From Schizochytrium sp. TIO01 (taxonomy: Eukaryota; Protista; Bigyra: Labyrinthulomycetes), in contig SMSO01000014.1 of the NCBI GenBank assembly GCA_004764695.1, forward strand, positions 925,648 through 989,647: 64,000 nt of DNA, given 5' to 3'. Below are positions 12,040-22,105 of the stretch, one piece after another. Every line of letters begins with the position of its first letter. Position 1 is the first letter of the stretch. The position numbers and the translations under genes were made by a program. Under the pieces are notes generated by a model. That model made no database searches and was not told the DNA's origin. It was given only the letters and a program-made list of their open reading frames with translations.

Positions 12040-13075
12040 CTGAAGCAAGAGCTAAGGATCGCCACGTGCGACGGATGACTTCCCACGCTCCGCGCACGCC
12101 TGCCTGCGCCTGCCTGCCTGCGCCTGCCTGCCTGCCTGTGCGTGCAATATTAATTGAGTCTTCGAGGTGCTTTGATCTTCTTGTGTTCGCGCTCACTTAC
12201 TTCTTGCTTCTATTTATGGTATTACTTCCATCGTCTATACCGAATTTAGTATAATCTAAAGAAGTACTTGTATAAGTTGTAGTCGCACAAACTGCCAAAT
12301 GTGCTTTCTTCCTCTCTTTACGAAGACGCGCAGAGTCCTAGTGTACAAATTAGCCGAAAGGATAGTAAGCCAACTGGATAATTGTTTTATTGTTTTATTA
12401 CCACGATGATAATTTAATTTAATAAAAAATTATGACTTCATGAAATTGATTTTTGGCTTCCGCCCTCATACTTGCTTCTTGTTCTACCTTACACATCACT
12501 CCTCTCCGCGGCTATCTTTCCCGATCCTTTATCTTACAATCAGAGTGTTTCAACCTGAGGAAGTTCACTATTCCATTGACATTTGGAGTTCAAGTTTTAA
12601 CTTCTCTTGCAATAGTTGCATATAAAGGTGTGCACACCTTTGGTCTCGCGTGCATCGTGCACACGCTAACGATTCTTGAATTTCCAACCTTTAAGTCGTC
12701 ATGTGCCACAAGCCAAGTTTATGATGACTTGCGTGGTGTAAGGTATCAGCTGGCAACCTGGAGCGCTAATACTAGGTCACAGCTACTTTGCAGGCAAAGA
12801 GCCAAGATGAGAAGCAGAATATAGTTGGTATTTAACAATAAGTCATGGTCTTACAAGATGTTTTTCTCATCCCTGATAGACCAGGGGTTCAGTATGATGG
12901 ATGACCTTTCGCATCATGAGCAAGCTTTGCAAAGTTGATAGCTGAAAAACTCAGTGATAGTGAAAAGCTACTGAGACTAGTAGTATGAGTAATTTTGGTG
13001 GTATAAGTTTTTTACTTATTATCATAATAGTAGTAGGATAAATGCATAGTAGGTTCGTTTGTTTTCAAGTTGTAC

Positions 13076-15748
13076 TTAGTTAGCTTGTTGCTCCTCACCC
13101 TCTGCATTTGTCCACTGAGCATACTGGACTACAGCATGGGCGCGGTTTTGGTCCTCTTTCTCTTTACTCATTGCATTTACAGCGTTGGTAAGAGCATTAT
13201 TAGAACCTGCTTTGATGTCAGCCTTGGACGTTTGTTCCTCGCTCTCGACTGTATCATCTTCAATAAACACCTGGGAACGATCCCAGCCCTCAAGACCTAG
13301 AATAACTTTGCATGGGTTACTCACAGCTTCATAGGCTTCAGACACCATATTGATGAAAAGACGTTCAGAACGTAAAGCTCGTTCATCGCTGCTACCGCGA
13401 GAGCAGAGGATAATGCAAGTATCACGGCTGCAAAGAAGTACTAGGAGCTTGCGAAGGGCATTGCAGAATTGCTCACTCCAGGGTTCGTTCTTACTGAGAT
13501 CCTTTGACACTGCCTCAGCAGTCTCGGTAGAGACAAACCGTGCGAGGTCATCCCGCACCCACGCGGGAATCTTGTCGATGTCAGATAACACAGTCACTTG
13601 AGAGTCATCAAACTCCATTTCTTTCACAAAGCGAGCGCGCTCCGACTTGTCAAGCGCAAATAACCACGCAAGCTCTTCATCTTCATCGTCGTCACCATCG
13701 TTGTCGTCAAGGTCACCCTCGTGATCATCGTCTGTAGCGAGAGCATCGCCATCGTCATCATTTACGATTTCATCCCTTACATTTGAGCCTTGGTTGGCGC
13801 TAGCAGTGTCTTCTTCTGAAGGAGTTCTATCAATACCATTCGGTGTTGGTTGTTGTTCATAGATCTTCTTTTCACTTGCTTGTTGATCCACGGGCTGTGC
13901 TGACTGATCAGCAAATTTGGTTTCTTGTTGACGCATCATCATGCTGTTCTGAGATGCCACATAGGCCTGCATTTGAGCTTGAAGATGCATTTGCAATTGG
14001 AACTGCAACTGCTGGGCCACAGTTGCAAGCTCTGCAAGTTGCATGGCTTGGGTTTGCAATTTCTTCTCTTTGGAGGCAATCTCCGCCTCCATATTTTCAA
14101 TTCGAACCTTGAGATATGCTTCTTGTGCGTCTTTCACCTCGATGTCGATCGACTTCATGTTGGCATCGTGACGGGCAGATGTAGCTTCCGTAATAGAGTT
14201 ATCCAATTCCTTTTGTAGTCGGGCAACTTCCTCTTCAAGAATTTGCATGTGAGCCCGCAACGCAGCTGAAGCCTCGGAATCATTCGTAGGAGGAGGAAGG
14301 ACTTGTTGCAGGCGTGTTGCCAACTCCAACTTGTCCTGTAATTCACGGGAGGAACTTTCTGCCTGAGCCAATTTCTTTTGCAAATCTGCACGTTGTGTCT
14401 CAAGCTGGGCGCGATGGTTGTCATAGGTTCCTACCAAGTTTTGCATGTTCTTGAGATCCTCCTCCTTTCGCAAGCGCAATTCATTCTCCTTTTCGAATGC
14501 TTCCTTCAGGTCACGATTTTCACGCTCCAAGTTTACAGAATTTTGCATCAGAGTCTGGTTTTCTTGTTTCAACTGCATTACGGTATCGCGAAGATGCCGC
14601 ATCTCAAGCTCCAATGCAGCATCTTCACTTGAGCTTCTCGAGTGGTGTTTCCGCTCTTGTTGGCTAGGAGTAGCATGCTGGTGCTGCTGGTGCTGGTGAT
14701 GATTCTGATGAGAGGAGTATTTCTGAGAACCTACCCTGCCCGAATCATGGTTGCGGTAGTGCTGCTGCTGTTGCTGTTGATCTGATCTGTGTCCAGAACT
14801 TGATGTCTGCCCGTGCCTTCCCGAGTTATCGTGCCCCTGAGTTCCTGTGTGACCTTGGTGCCCTTGGGACGAGGATAAATGTTTTTGCATACGTCGTGAC
14901 TGAGACTCTGAGGCCGTAGCAGGACTTGCCATGGCCGTCGCACGATAAGACTTTGGTGGAAGTCCTGACTGCTGATGCTGCTGGTGCTGAGACAAATTCT
15001 GCTGTTGACTCGGTTGTTGACTACCTCCACGCTTTGAGTTGTGTTGACCCTGTTGTTGCTGGTGTCTGGACCCCCTTCTGTTACCCGAGCTAGAATTGCT
15101 CGCGTTATCATGAGCCTGCTGTGCGTTCACATTGCGACTACTTTTATCCTCGTGTTCTTGGCCTCCTGCTCCTTGGGTGTTTGTTCCAAGCTTTGCTCCC
15201 GATGCCTTCCGCGTCAGCCTTGACTTGGAGTTGCTCGCATTGCTGCTGTCTTTGTTTCCACCAGCTCCATTAGACGATGCACCCTTCGACCTGGACCCGG
15301 TGGAGGTTCCTGACGCAGATGGAGGCGTATCCGGCCTTGCAGCACTATTTCCACGGCTTCGAGGTGCCTTGGACCTGCTCCTGCCCCCACGATCGCCGCC
15401 ATTTCCGGATCCAGAATTTCCATTTCCAGAGCTGTTGGAATTATTATTGTTGTTGTTGTTGTGGTGGTGGTTGACATTGTTATTGTTGTTGCTGGCATTA
15501 TTTGTGTTGCTTCCACTGTTTCCATGGCCGACATTGTGATTGTTGCCGCTGTTACTGCTGCTGTTGTGGTTGCTGTTGCCGCCGTTATTGTGGCTACTGT
15601 TGCCTCGCTCGCGGCCTCTGCCCCTGCCGCGACCTCGACCGCGTCCTCTGCCGCGGCCTCCGGAGCCGGAGCCGGAGCCGGCGCCACCGCCGCCGCCGGC
15701 GCCGGCGGCGCCGCTAGACCCGCTTTGCCTTCCACTAGGCCCGTTCAT
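13076..15748 (-). CDS. Low-complexity (RG, N, Q, H-rich) coiled-coil protein of unknown function
   Basis: Long uninterrupted ORF with (GR)n, poly-N, Q/H-rich region, a long heptad coiled coil, an acidic tract and a globular-looking C-terminus. First in-frame ATG is at 15748. Confidence 0.8.
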   Translation of the reverse strand: MNGPSGRQSGSSGAAGAGGGGGAGSGSGSGGRGRGRGRGRGRGRGRERGNSSHNNGGNSNHNSSSNSGNNHNVGHGNSGSNTNNASNNNNNVNHHHNNNNNNNSNSSGNGNSGSGNGGDRGGRSRSKAPRSRGNSAARPDTPPSASGTSTGSRSKGASSNGAGGNKDSSNASNSKSRLTRKASGAKLGTNTQGAGGQEHEDKSSRNVNAQQAHDNASNSSSGNRRGSRHQQQQGQHNSKRGGSQQPSQQQNLSQHQQHQQSGLPPKSYRATAMASPATASESQSRRMQKHLSSSQGHQGHTGTQGHDNSGRHGQTSSSGHRSDQQQQQQHYRNHDSGRVGSQKYSSHQNHHQHQQHQHATPSQQERKHHSRSSSEDAALELEMRHLRDTVMQLKQENQTLMQNSVNLERENRDLKEAFEKENELRLRKEEDLKNMQNLVGTYDNHRAQLETQRADLQKKLAQAESSSRELQDKLELATRLQQVLPPPTNDSEASAALRAHMQILEEEVARLQKELDNSITEATSARHDANMKSIDIEVKDAQEAYLKVRIENMEAEIASKEKKLQTQAMQLAELATVAQQLQFQLQMHLQAQMQAYVASQNSMMMRQQETKFADQSAQPVDQQASEKKIYEQQPTPNGIDRTPSEEDTASANQGSNVRDEIVNDDDGDALATDDDHEGDLDDNDGDDDEDEELAWLFALDKSERARFVKEMEFDDSQVTVLSDIDKIPAWVRDDLARFVSTETAEAVSKDLSKNEPWSEQFCNALRKLLVLLCSRDTCIILCSRGSSDERALRSERLFINMVSEAYEAVSNPCKVILGLEGWDRSQVFIEDDTVESEEQTSKADIKAGSNNALTNAVNAMSKEKEDQNRAHAVVQYAQWTNAEGEEQQAN

Positions 15749-16676
15749 TGCTGCTGCACTTCGTTCAATCGGGATTGCTCGCGGCCGTGTCGATGATTGA
15801 TTGAGCGATGGCCTGCTGAGCAAGAGCGGCGGCTTTTGTTTCACTTGTGAGGCGGCCCTAAACGAAGTATAACAATTATAACTCACTTTGTTTTCGGATA
15901 CTCTACTTATGACATTTATAACTCACTTATACCGGCACTTCGCCAAGGAACTTTCATTGCTTCTCTCTTTTCGCGATAATAGGTTTTATATTCTTATGTT
16001 TTATAATAAAAGCACCACTTGGTAAGTTAACCGTAAATAAGGTATACTTCAAAGTTAACAATTACAGATACAGGGTAAGAACGTTGTATTTCGTTCTGCT
16101 CCATTTCCTATTCGCGTCATAAAAGGTACCTACAGAGGAGAAAGAATGAATCAGATAAGCTTTTGTATTGTTCTGAGATTCCAATTTGGAAAGATCCTTT
16201 TCATGACGGTCCATCTATTAATCAAAGAGCATTATATACCTGCCACAAGCACTAGCTAGACCAGCTCTAGGATGATAGACACGGCGCCGGCCTGCAGGAG
16301 TTCTTATCAGATCATCGTTTCATGGGAATTAGTTTATAATGTTTTCATTTTCCTACATGATGATGTAAGCACATAGTATAAATGCTCGTGATTTGAGATA
16401 AATGAGATACTTGGCAAAGACGAGTGGATGCACAGCACACCATTGGAAACTCGCTGGAGGCAGAGATGAGTGAGTTAAAAGATTGCCTTGAGGGGATGGA
16501 GACTTCTGAGATTCCTGAGAAATTACCACTTACAGAGTTCAAGGAAGGGAAGGTAGGAGATGATAAAAAATAGTACGGAACGATACTACTGAAACTCGAA
16601 GAGACCTAAACTAATAGGTCAAAAGACACTAAACGAAAGGATAAAAGGGTAAAAATTTCTAGATGGCTTGCATAAT

Positions 16677-18347
16677 TTAGAGATCGGGAACAACCCATGA
16701 GCACGAAGACTCAATCAACATGTTACCGCCACGGCCGTCTTGCTTGCGGCCACGGCAGACACGAGCAAAACCGTGGGAGCCCCAATGGCTGCCCCAACTG
16801 TTGCGGATGACCCAGTACTTTGAGCCATCAAGGTCCTCACCCCAACCGAGGACAGAAATATCGTGAGTGATCTCCCAGTCAGAGGGCTTGGTTTCATCAT
16901 CGCAAAGGATGTCATCACCCCAAATGTCTTCACCAAGAGCAGCAGGAGTGCCAATACCGCAGTCAATGGGGCCGCGATGGAAGATCTCATTCATCATTGC
17001 GAGTTCACCCCTGACATTGCCATACTCCTTAACCTTGTACAGATCAAAGGAATCCTCATTTACGGCCGTGCACTCGCCATTGGCATCGCAAGAACGGCAT
17101 GCGACACCCTTGTTCATACAAGGCTGCTCATGGTTACGCCACATGTTACAAGTCTCATCAACAGTGCCGATATCCTTCCACACAGGAAAGATATCGCGTG
17201 AGTCACCACCGCCACAGCCAGCAGTGGCAGGACCTCTCACGCAGTCAACAGTGTTTTGCGGTGAAATGAACATATCTGTGGCGTTGTTTGCGCCGCGAGC
17301 GAGTTTGATGCGGTCAGAGAAGACGCTTGCGGAGGCCATCGCATAGCAGGCTCCACAGTAACCCGTGGGGCCGTTGTGGTGGCTCTGCATTGGGGTCACG
17401 GCGGCGTATCCATTGTAGTTGAGGTAGCTGAAGTTCTTGGGAAGATCATCCGCAGTGAGCTGGCGTGCAAGTGGGGAAATAATGAGCTCCTCACGCTCGC
17501 GCTGGGCACGGAGGTTGGATACAAGTGGGGATGCCGGGCGCTCGTTGTGACCATCGTTGAAATTAGTGCGAGGGTAGTTGACAGCCTCGTTGAAGCGAAG
17601 CATGTTCAGGTATGCAGTAACTTCGGAGTCGAAGTAACGGTAAGGTGCCTCAACCTCGGCGGCCCAGCACTCCTTAATGGCAGAGAAAGGCTGTGTCGAG
17701 AACCCCTTGTTGCCATAGAAGGTTCCGAGGTCGTGCTTGACTGTGAAAGAATCCTTGTCAAAGGCAACGATGGCTCCGTAGAGACCATCTTCAAAGGCAC
17801 AAGCCACGGGGCCGTTAGCAGCAACCTCCTCACGGATGGCGTCCTCGCTGAGGTCAACCTTAGCGTAGGACTTGATTGGGTAGCGAAAGTACTGCACGCG
17901 AGGCTCGCACTTGACATCTGAGCCGCCCGGAATGCAGTTCAAGCAGGTGTTGAAGCGCGAGCACTTCTGCTTCTCACCAACATAGGCCATGCAGGTGCGA
18001 TCGGGAACACCTTTGTTCTCAAGAACGTACTTGAGAGTAGACTCAATCATGCCATTGCCGAGGTCGCAGGCATCTCCGTCCAGGCAGTTGAGGAGAACCT
18101 GGTTCGAGAGCTGCACCTTGACTTTGGTGGGCTGCATGATTGCAAGGCGGTCTGCAATCATGGCAGTAGCTGCCCAAATACCGCCTACATGAGAGCACCT
18201 GCGACCAGCAAGGCCCTCAAAGTTACGCACGGCGGTCACGAGGTTTCCGTGCTCAGTTTTGCGCCAATCCACGCTCTCGGGGGTAGCATTCGTGAGCGCC
18301 AGCACGAGGGCTACGCAGACGAGGAGAACGAGGTTTTGGGGTGTCAT
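16677..18347 (-). CDS. Secreted/lysosomal tandem papain-family (C1A) cathepsin Z/X-like protease
   Basis: Signal peptide and two C1A domains. The second has YCGACYA (Cys), THDISVLGWG (His) and WVIRNSWG (Asn); the first lacks these. Strong C-ending codon bias. Confidence 0.92.
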   Translation of the reverse strand: MTPQNLVLLVCVALVLALTNATPESVDWRKTEHGNLVTAVRNFEGLAGRRCSHVGGIWAATAMIADRLAIMQPTKVKVQLSNQVLLNCLDGDACDLGNGMIESTLKYVLENKGVPDRTCMAYVGEKQKCSRFNTCLNCIPGGSDVKCEPRVQYFRYPIKSYAKVDLSEDAIREEVAANGPVACAFEDGLYGAIVAFDKDSFTVKHDLGTFYGNKGFSTQPFSAIKECWAAEVEAPYRYFDSEVTAYLNMLRFNEAVNYPRTNFNDGHNERPASPLVSNLRAQREREELIISPLARQLTADDLPKNFSYLNYNGYAAVTPMQSHHNGPTGYCGACYAMASASVFSDRIKLARGANNATDMFISPQNTVDCVRGPATAGCGGGDSRDIFPVWKDIGTVDETCNMWRNHEQPCMNKGVACRSCDANGECTAVNEDSFDLYKVKEYGNVRGELAMMNEIFHRGPIDCGIGTPAALGEDIWGDDILCDDETKPSDWEITHDISVLGWGEDLDGSKYWVIRNSWGSHWGSHGFARVCRGRKQDGRGGNMLIESSCSWVVPDL

Positions 18348-20596
18348 GGTCAAGAACACTCAAGGACAATACCTCGGCCGCAACGATGACCTACTTTAAG
18401 TGTATTTTCGCACGATCGAGATATGACGGAGGCTCTTCTGAAGCTCCAAACACTGTCCGCTCACGCTCTGGGGCGTGAGGCGTCAGCGTATCCTATTCGA
18501 GGTATGCTGTGCATCTTGGCCTCCAACGCTCTTTCCAAGGATCCTACGATGTCAAAATGTAATGCACCTCTATTACCCATTAAAAAATATTTTTTTAGCT
18601 ATCTCCATATATATATTTGAGGAATACTTAGTATGTTTTTTTTATTAGGTTTTACCCACCTTGAAGTAAAAAGATTTTATGCCAGGTAGTAGGAGGGCAC
18701 CCTACCCCCTGTTAGCAAAGTACTACCTACATTCAGCCACACATTACAGTAACCCACTCAACATCATCATACTACATTCATTACCATCATTACTATCTGT
18801 GGATCCCTCCTCCGTCGTAATGGCTGTGGATCACTTGGTCCAATCATCGCGATTCACGACGAAACAAGCGGCGCCAGAGCATCTCGGGGCCCTCCCTCCC
18901 AAGTAAGGCGAGCTTTTCATGCGTACTTGCATATCGGCTGCTGCAAGACAACTTGAAGGTTGGCCATAACCTCAACCAGGACCTGCGTAGTAGCTGGGTA
19001 GGAATCTGGCTAGCTAGCTGGCCAGTCAGTCAGTCAGTCAACAGCCACTAAAACGGCCCCGAGAGCGTCTATGTCCTATACTGCCTATTAAAAACTGAGG
19101 TGCTGGAGCTCGAGGAGTTCTTGACTCTGCAGTGCAACTTACTTGCTCAAGGTCGTCGAGGCTAGCTAGCTGGTGTGGAATTCGTGGACATGGCGATCGA
19201 GAACCAATGTCAAGAGCCGGCACAGACGAAAACACACCCTCGATGGTTCGCAAGTTCGCTCAGCTCGTGGCTTCGGCATTTTCTGAAGAGCTGCAATTAC
19301 AGCCTGCTGGAGGTTGAAATGGAGCTCAAAGAAGGGATGGGCCTAGATACCCACTCATTCATACCTTTATCACGGACGATGTCATCATGAGCCTTGAGCT
19401 ATCGAGCCCAGTGCTCCAGTTGCACGGGTTGCGGGTGCTTCCTGTTGTATTAAAGGAGCCTCATCCTGCCTATTTGTATACCAATTTTAATCAGTTTAGG
19501 TAATAGGAATTGCACTTGCCACTAATGGTTCCGAAATGCTCGTCTGATTCGTCGTGAGTAAGCTCACTCCATGCAGACAAGTAAACTCAGTGGGTGACAG
19601 ACCTTTCATCGTTTGCAAGAGCTTTAAGCCCACGACTGCCTGCCTTCTCTTATGAAGACTGATTGCAAGACTACCTAGTAGAGTGTTCTCAGCAAGTAAA
19701 GGATGCTTGGTGCTGAGCAGGAGTTACGAAGAAGTTAGAAAAATGCGAGATGTACTACCTACCTAAAGTTTTTCTGTTGTAATTTTATCTATGAAAAAGC
19801 TCAAGATTATTGCCGACCGACAATAACGGTGACCATGGAATTTGGAAACCGGGGCCTGGAAGATCAAAGGCTGTCGCTGTGATAGTATGATAGGAGCCAT
19901 CTAAGAGTAGAGTAGCTTGTAGATCCTATCAAGACTCTCGCTGACCGCAGAGGCTTCGGCGCAGGAACGTGCTGGAGGGAAGGGTTTTGCATTCTTGATT
20001 GAATCAAAGAATCCTACGGTTTTGGTCAGTGCTAGGCTTGCGAGATGTAGCAACTGACCTAAAGAGTGGGGATATTTCTTGCGTTTGTGCAAACAGATTG
20101 ATCACGAGAAGCTACGAGCATTATAATGCTGAGGTTGCACAGTTTCAGGAAGCGTTGGATAATATGTACGTAGTCGAACTAGTTGTAGGAACGTGGTCGC
20201 TGATGACGTGAGAAATTCGAAGAGGTGCGGCACAAGGGTAGAGGTTAGCTTGGAGCTTTTGTGTACCTAGTTAGCTACCCGCGTGATAGATTATGGAGTA
20301 TTTCAAAGAGAAAGCAATCCATAGCATGTAAGCAACTGATGCTGATGTTTTCAATGGGTAACAAAATCATACAAGAGAATTGACATGCGCTAACTTCTAT
20401 TTGCAGGTCATTTTTCTTTGCTTGGCAGGAAATCATGCTTATTTGTTACATTAAAATCCGCATTTGCAATCAATGCGCGTGGCCCTTCGCCAAATCTCGC
20501 GTTGGATGCATAAACCTAAAGCATAAACTTGGAGGACATGACTTCGAAAATTTATTGTTATATAAATAATTAAAGGAACTCATTTCAAGCAAAACC

Positions 20597-21394
20597 TCAA
20601 AGGTGGTTTGTTTTGACGTAAAACATGGCTGTACCACAAACTTCTGTAGGCTCAGATGTAGACGTAAGCTTGAACCAGTCTCCAGATCTTAGTACCTTAT
20701 CCTGCAGTTTAAGCCCATCCTGCGATGCATCCATTACGAATACCTCCAATCCACGTGGCTGGGCAGCAAATGTGATGCTCGAAGTAGGTGATGCCAACGT
20801 ATAAAGATCCATGGTTTCGCCGTAAGTCTCACCGGGCAGGTCACGGTAGAGCTGGCATTGCTTGACTTCACCATTTACACCGACCACACCGTTTGCCGCA
20901 TCTGGTGCAGCGGGCTGCCAGGTTTTGGGATCACTGGAGTAGACTCGAATTTGTCTACGCTGAAGTCCAGGATACTGTTTGAGCTTAACGAGCAGCGTGC
21001 ATCCATCCTTAGATCGCGGCCCATGCTCAAATCCTTCGGGATTCAAGATGTATGTGCCTGTAGGGTAGTCCCCAGAGTCATCAGAGAAGACACCATCAAG
21101 CACCAGAATCTCCTCTCCATCAGGGTGCGGGTGGGGTTTAAAGTCAGAGTTAGGAAGATATCTGACCACCGATGTGACCCTTCCAGCCTCTTTGGGCCCT
21201 ACAAGCTCGAGTCTTTTGCGCTCTACTGTTGGGCTCGGACTGGGCTCCCAAGGCATGTTCTGAGTAGACTGCAGCATCGTCGTTCCGGTCGCTGAGGTCG
21301 ACATCCTTGCTCTGCCCAAAACCTTTGGAACCCTTGCCACTCCAAATCTATATCCCGCGCAAATACCTGCAATCCGCGGAGCCGTCGCCCGCAT
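20597..21394 (-). CDS. ChrR-like double cupin (Cupin_7) protein with probable mitochondrial presequence
   Basis: PWEPSPSPTVERKRLE...TSVVRY..SDFKPHPHPDGEEILVLDGVFSD..GDYPTGTYILNP...H...GCTLLVKL and terminal YVKTNHL match bacterial ChrR-cupin proteins. N-terminus is Arg-rich with no acidic residues. Confidence 0.88.
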   Translation of the reverse strand: MRATAPRIAGICAGYRFGVARVPKVLGRARMSTSATGTTMLQSTQNMPWEPSPSPTVERKRLELVGPKEAGRVTSVVRYLPNSDFKPHPHPDGEEILVLDGVFSDDSGDYPTGTYILNPEGFEHGPRSKDGCTLLVKLKQYPGLQRRQIRVYSSDPKTWQPAAPDAANGVVGVNGEVKQCQLYRDLPGETYGETMDLYTLASPTSSITFAAQPRGLEVFVMDASQDGLKLQDKVLRSGDWFKLTSTSEPTEVCGTAMFYVKTNHL

Positions 21395-22105
21395 CGATCT
21401 CGCTCGAGGCTATTTCGATTCAGATTTGATCTACAAATTCCGTCAACTTCACCGATTTTAAAATCTCCGCCTTCCTTAATTCAAATTCCAACACATTTTC
21501 CAACGAATTGCAAGATCAAGCAAAACATACTAATACTCTCTCCACTTAGTCTAAACTATAAGCTCCAATGGCGAGCAGAAGATTCTCTGCTTATTCCTTG
21601 CGGGACATTATTTAATTTTGATTATCGTCCTTTGCGTCAATATGGCCCAGACCACAGACCTAGCACCTACTAGGGTAGGTAAGTAGTAGGTACCGTAGGT
21701 AGAGTGAAAGAAAAGCCGCAGTGGTTCTGTAATGGTTCTTTAAAGGTTCCTTGCGTGCTGAGTGTGTTGTGGCCAAAGGCACTCCACTCCCGACACCAGA
21801 GCCTCGATTGCGAGCATAAGGCAGTGCCTCTGGAGGGTTGGCAGCTTGACTGGTCATCGTCTGGGTACAATACACTTCTTGACAACTCCCGGCAGTGGGT
21901 TTGGTTGTCGAATCTTGCGAGACAAGCGTGGAAGGGTTAAAGGAAGCGCCCGCAGTGCTAAGATCCAGGATCGGCACTCGTTGCCACTTAGGCCAGCTTG
22001 GTTGAAAGCGCAAGATTGTGAAGCTTCAAGAACGTGTGATTAGACTTGAAGAATTATTTTGTGCCCCGCAATAGACTGTGCACGTTGTGATTTGATCAAA
22101 CTAGG

